The notes below the pieces were generated by a model. It saw nothing but the letters and a program-made list of their open reading frames with translations, was not told the origin of the DNA and did no database searches. The position numbers and the translations under genes are program-made. Of a stretch of 64,000 bases of DNA, positions 60,640-64,000 are shown in pieces. The DNA comes from Octopus sinensis (Eukaryota), in assembly GCF_006345805.1 (NCBI RefSeq), contig NC_043003.1, positions 100,254,001-100,318,000 on the forward strand, written 5' to 3'. How positions within the stretch are numbered: the first letter of the stretch is position 1; each line of letters begins with the position of its first letter.

Positions 60640-61850
60640 CTCTCTAACATTGACCCAATAGAGAGAGGGATCAGCTATCCTAGTTAATGATAGATAGGGC
60701 AATTAAGGGTAACACAACAAGTCCATCAAGAATTACCACTGAGATACTTAAAGTATCTGGCAGAGTGGGATACAGCCTAGAACAAGCCATATACATGGGT
60801 GCAGTCAGTAAAGTAAGAGTTAACAAGTTCAGTAATGAATTTAGAATACAAGTAGAAATTCATCAGGCCTCAATTCTCAGTCCCTTCCTATTCATTATTG
60901 TCCTCTAGGCCATAATGGAGGAGAAAGGAATTTAAGACAGGTTGCCCCTGGGAATAACTATATGGTGATGATCTCTCTTATACTAGAATCTGTAACAGAA
61001 TTCGAAAAGAAATTCCAGAATTAAAGGGCCTTAAAGTTAACTTAACAAAGACCCAAATTCTAGTAAGCAGGAAATCAGACTGGTCTCTATCCCCTTCAGG
61101 TCAATAGCCCTGCTCAATATGTAGGAAAGGTGTTGGCAAGAACCCCATATAGTGTACCCAGCGCAAACTATGGACACATAAGTGGTGCGGTGGAATAACA
61201 GGAAAGCTAATGGATAATGTAGACTATATGTGGATGATGCACAAGAGCAATAAATACTAAGAAAACATGGGAAATAGATTTCCTCAAATACCCTGGAGGT
61301 GGTTGATAGTTTCTGTACCTGGGTAATATAATTAGCAGTGATGGGGGATGTTCTAACAGTTCTCATTGCTAGAATAAGAATAGGATGGAGGAAGTTCAGA
61401 GAGCTATTATCCTGGTTGGCAACAAACATCTTTCTCTTGCTCTAAGTGAATGGTAGATTGTATGATACTTGTGTATGTACAACAATGCTCTGTGGTCATG
61501 AGATGTAGTATCTGAATAGAAAGGGCATGTGGAAACTAGAGGAATGAAACTAGTATTCTCCAAGTGATGTGCAATGTCAGTGTGCTTGTGTGACAAAGTG
61601 CTAATGTACTGAGAGAGAAATTATGCACAATCAGATGTAGTGTGCAAAAGAGAAGACTGCATTGATTTGGTCATGTGATGTGTTTGAATGAAGACAGCTG
61701 AGTAAAGAAATACTAGTTGCTTAAAGTGGTTGGATGTTCTAGAAGAGGGAGACCCCAGGAAGACATGGAATGAAGTAAAAATGCAGAGCTTCATGGATGC
61801 AATAACAAAGAACCAAGCTGATTTGTGATTTGCCATGTTTGAGAAGACCC
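60640..61850 (+). mobile_element. Highly degenerate RTE LINE fragment
   Basis: VEIHQASILSPFLFIIVL and downstream RT remnants, opposite in orientation to the neighbour. Confidence 0.75.
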
Positions 61851-62670
61851 AATCATAAGAGCAAATATGAGGTTCTAAAAAATTTTGCCTATGCTTGTAT
61901 GTGCTGGACCTTGTCCCTACACCCATACCACCTTCACATCTCATCTCCTTACTCATCCTCCTTTCCCCATATGCTGAGTGCTGTCCCTACACTCATACTT
62001 CTTCAAGCATTCACCACATCTCATCTCCCTGCTCCTTTCACCCAAAAACCACCCCTCCTTGACACACATTACATCCCCTAGTTTTTTGTACTGCCAGTTC
62101 CTTCCTTCTCTCCACTTCCAGCTTTCATTCTTATTATCATCCTTTCTCACATGCTATTCCTCCTCTTCTTTTCTTCTGCCATCTTCATCTTGAATCTACT
62201 ATCATTCCCAGTGCCCTCTTTTGACCTTCACTATGCCTATTCACTATAGCTACCCCTTACGTACCTCTACATCTCCCTCCCCACTGTTCCTATACCTTGC
62301 TCATCGTCTCTCCCCGAACTATCATCCCTGAGCCACTCTTATCTCTTTCTTCTTTCCCCCTCCCATATTGATATTTCCCATCAAACTGCACCTCCATTCC
62401 TGTCCATCACTCTCTACCTTCTGCTCTACCTCCATCTGTCGCTATCCCCTCTTGATCCACCACCTGTATCATCTCTTGCTTCTTAAATAACATACAGCAT
62501 AGTGCTTGTGCAGATCTCTCTCCCTCTAGCTGTTACAGCTTGGATCTCCTACTGGGCCAGGCTACTAGTCATCCTCAGCCATATTAGTTATGTTTAATAC
62601 AACCTTCCCTTCATGCCCTCCATGCTTACAAAACAGGAATAAAAATGCATTGTCGTTTTTGTGAATTCAG

Positions 62671-62786
62671 GAGCCTCGCCGTAGTCCAACACCAGAAAGG
62701 AAACGAGGGAGTCACAAAGAAGATAAAAGTTACAGAAGCCCATCCCCACGAGGGAGAAGAAACAGAAGTCGCTCTCCACACAGAAG
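62671..62786 (+). CDS. PRPF38A: PRPF38A coding exon 6 (start of RS-rich tail)
   Basis: EPRRSPTPERKRGSHKEDKSYRSPSPRGRRNRSRSPHR; attcAG / GTACTG; phase 0 start matches exon 5; RS-rich as expected for the PRPF38A C-terminus. Confidence 0.85.
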
Positions 62787-63344
62787 GTACTGCTTGTCAT
62801 TTGTTGACTACAGATTTTTAGATTGGAAAATAAATTTGAATTCCTAACCAGAGGAATTAAGTTCAGTTATGTGGCTTCTTAACCTCAAAGCTAGATTAGG
62901 TCTCCTCTGGGTTAACATTATGTCTGTGTGCACAGGCTTAAGCAAGTTTTAAAAGAATTTTTTTTTTTTCTATATTTGAAGATTAGCAGTTGCCTACACT
63001 AGCAAGTCTCCACTCCTCCCAACAGAATTGTCACTGCTTTTGGGTTGCTACAACTACTGTTGTTACAGTAGTTGCTATCAAAACACAAGGGCTACAACAG
63101 ATACCACAACGTATCTTGCCTAGTACTCTAACAGTTCCATCAATTCACTACCCTAGGTCGGTGATTTATTTTTTTATTCCTCAATCTACAAAAGGGCAAA
63201 GTAACCAGTTTAATATCAACAAGGGATGTTAACATCATAAAACTAAGTTTCACTCAAGTACTGACTGCTGTGGAATATCAACTTTCATACACATGCGCAC
63301 ATGTATACATACACACATATACATATCATCGCCATCATCATTAT

Positions 63345-64000
63345 ATCATCATTTAACGTCTGTTCTCCATGCTGGCATGGGTTCGATGGTTTGACAGAAG
63401 CTAACCAGCTGAAGGGCTGTTCAGGTTTCATGCCTATTTTGGCATGGTCTCTACAGCTGGATACCCTTCCCAATGCCAGCCACTTTACAAAGTGTACTGG
63501 GTGCTTTTATGCAGCACCAACACAGGTGCTTTTTACATGCCACCAGCACCTATGAGCCCTCAAGATTAGAGATGCTCAACTGGGAAGGTTGCAGGGGACA
63601 AGGCTGTATGCAAGGGCAACCACACTTTTACTTAGCTTGATGTCTTTTCTAGCACAGCAAGCCACCAGGTGTCTTAATCCTCTGTCATCCTTGCTGTGAG
63701 TCCCAACACCTGTAGATCCTTTCTCACCACTTCATCCCACTTCTTCTTGAGTCTGCCTGTTCCACATGTTTCCTCTACAATTAGAGATAATGACCTTTTG
63801 ATGCAATTGTCTTCATTCATATGCATTACATGGCCATACCAGCGCAGTCTTCTCTCTTGCACACTACATCTGATTCTGATTATACCCAGTTTTTCTCTCA
63901 GATCACTTACATTCTGTTGTATATGCACACTGACATTACCCATCCAGCGAAGCATACTAGCTTCATTTCTTTCAAGTCTTCACATTTCCTCAATAATCAC
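63345..64000 (-). mobile_element. RTE LINE 3' end
   Basis: MLRWMGNVSV...RRLRWYGHV...KKKWDEVVRKDL plus family tail. Confidence 0.88.

Overview
Repeat-rich animal genomic DNA. The SINE/RTE repeat repertoire and the effector-less C2H2 array point to a coleoid cephalopod, most likely Octopus (inference). Host genes: (i) a single-coding-exon C2H2 zinc-finger gene with 18 tandem fingers (14611-16212, +); (ii) six coding exons of the spliceosomal factor PRPF38A (22262-62786, +; it continues past the window); (iii) a possible minus-strand gene whose first exons (2728-2742, 749-825, 551-639) run off the left edge. The rest is mostly decayed mobile DNA: tRNA-derived SINEs, RTE LINEs and RTE-tailed SINEs, two Penelope-like elements, three HERO-like RLE retrotransposon pieces, Helitrons, mariners, a hAT fragment, a Ty3/gypsy remnant and a 5S pseudogene. 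Three observations stand out. (1) Both HERO-like 3' UTRs carry a complete hammerhead ribozyme core whose three junction strands are in a non-circularly permuted order. (2) There are six local fold-back palindromes. Two of them have the architecture expected if a retro-cDNA snapped back and copied itself plus the target flank. (3) A 316-bp, ~99% identical patch is shared by two otherwise diverged RTE copies. All coordinates were read by eye. Repeat boundaries are approximate, identities are hand estimates, and no database search was run.
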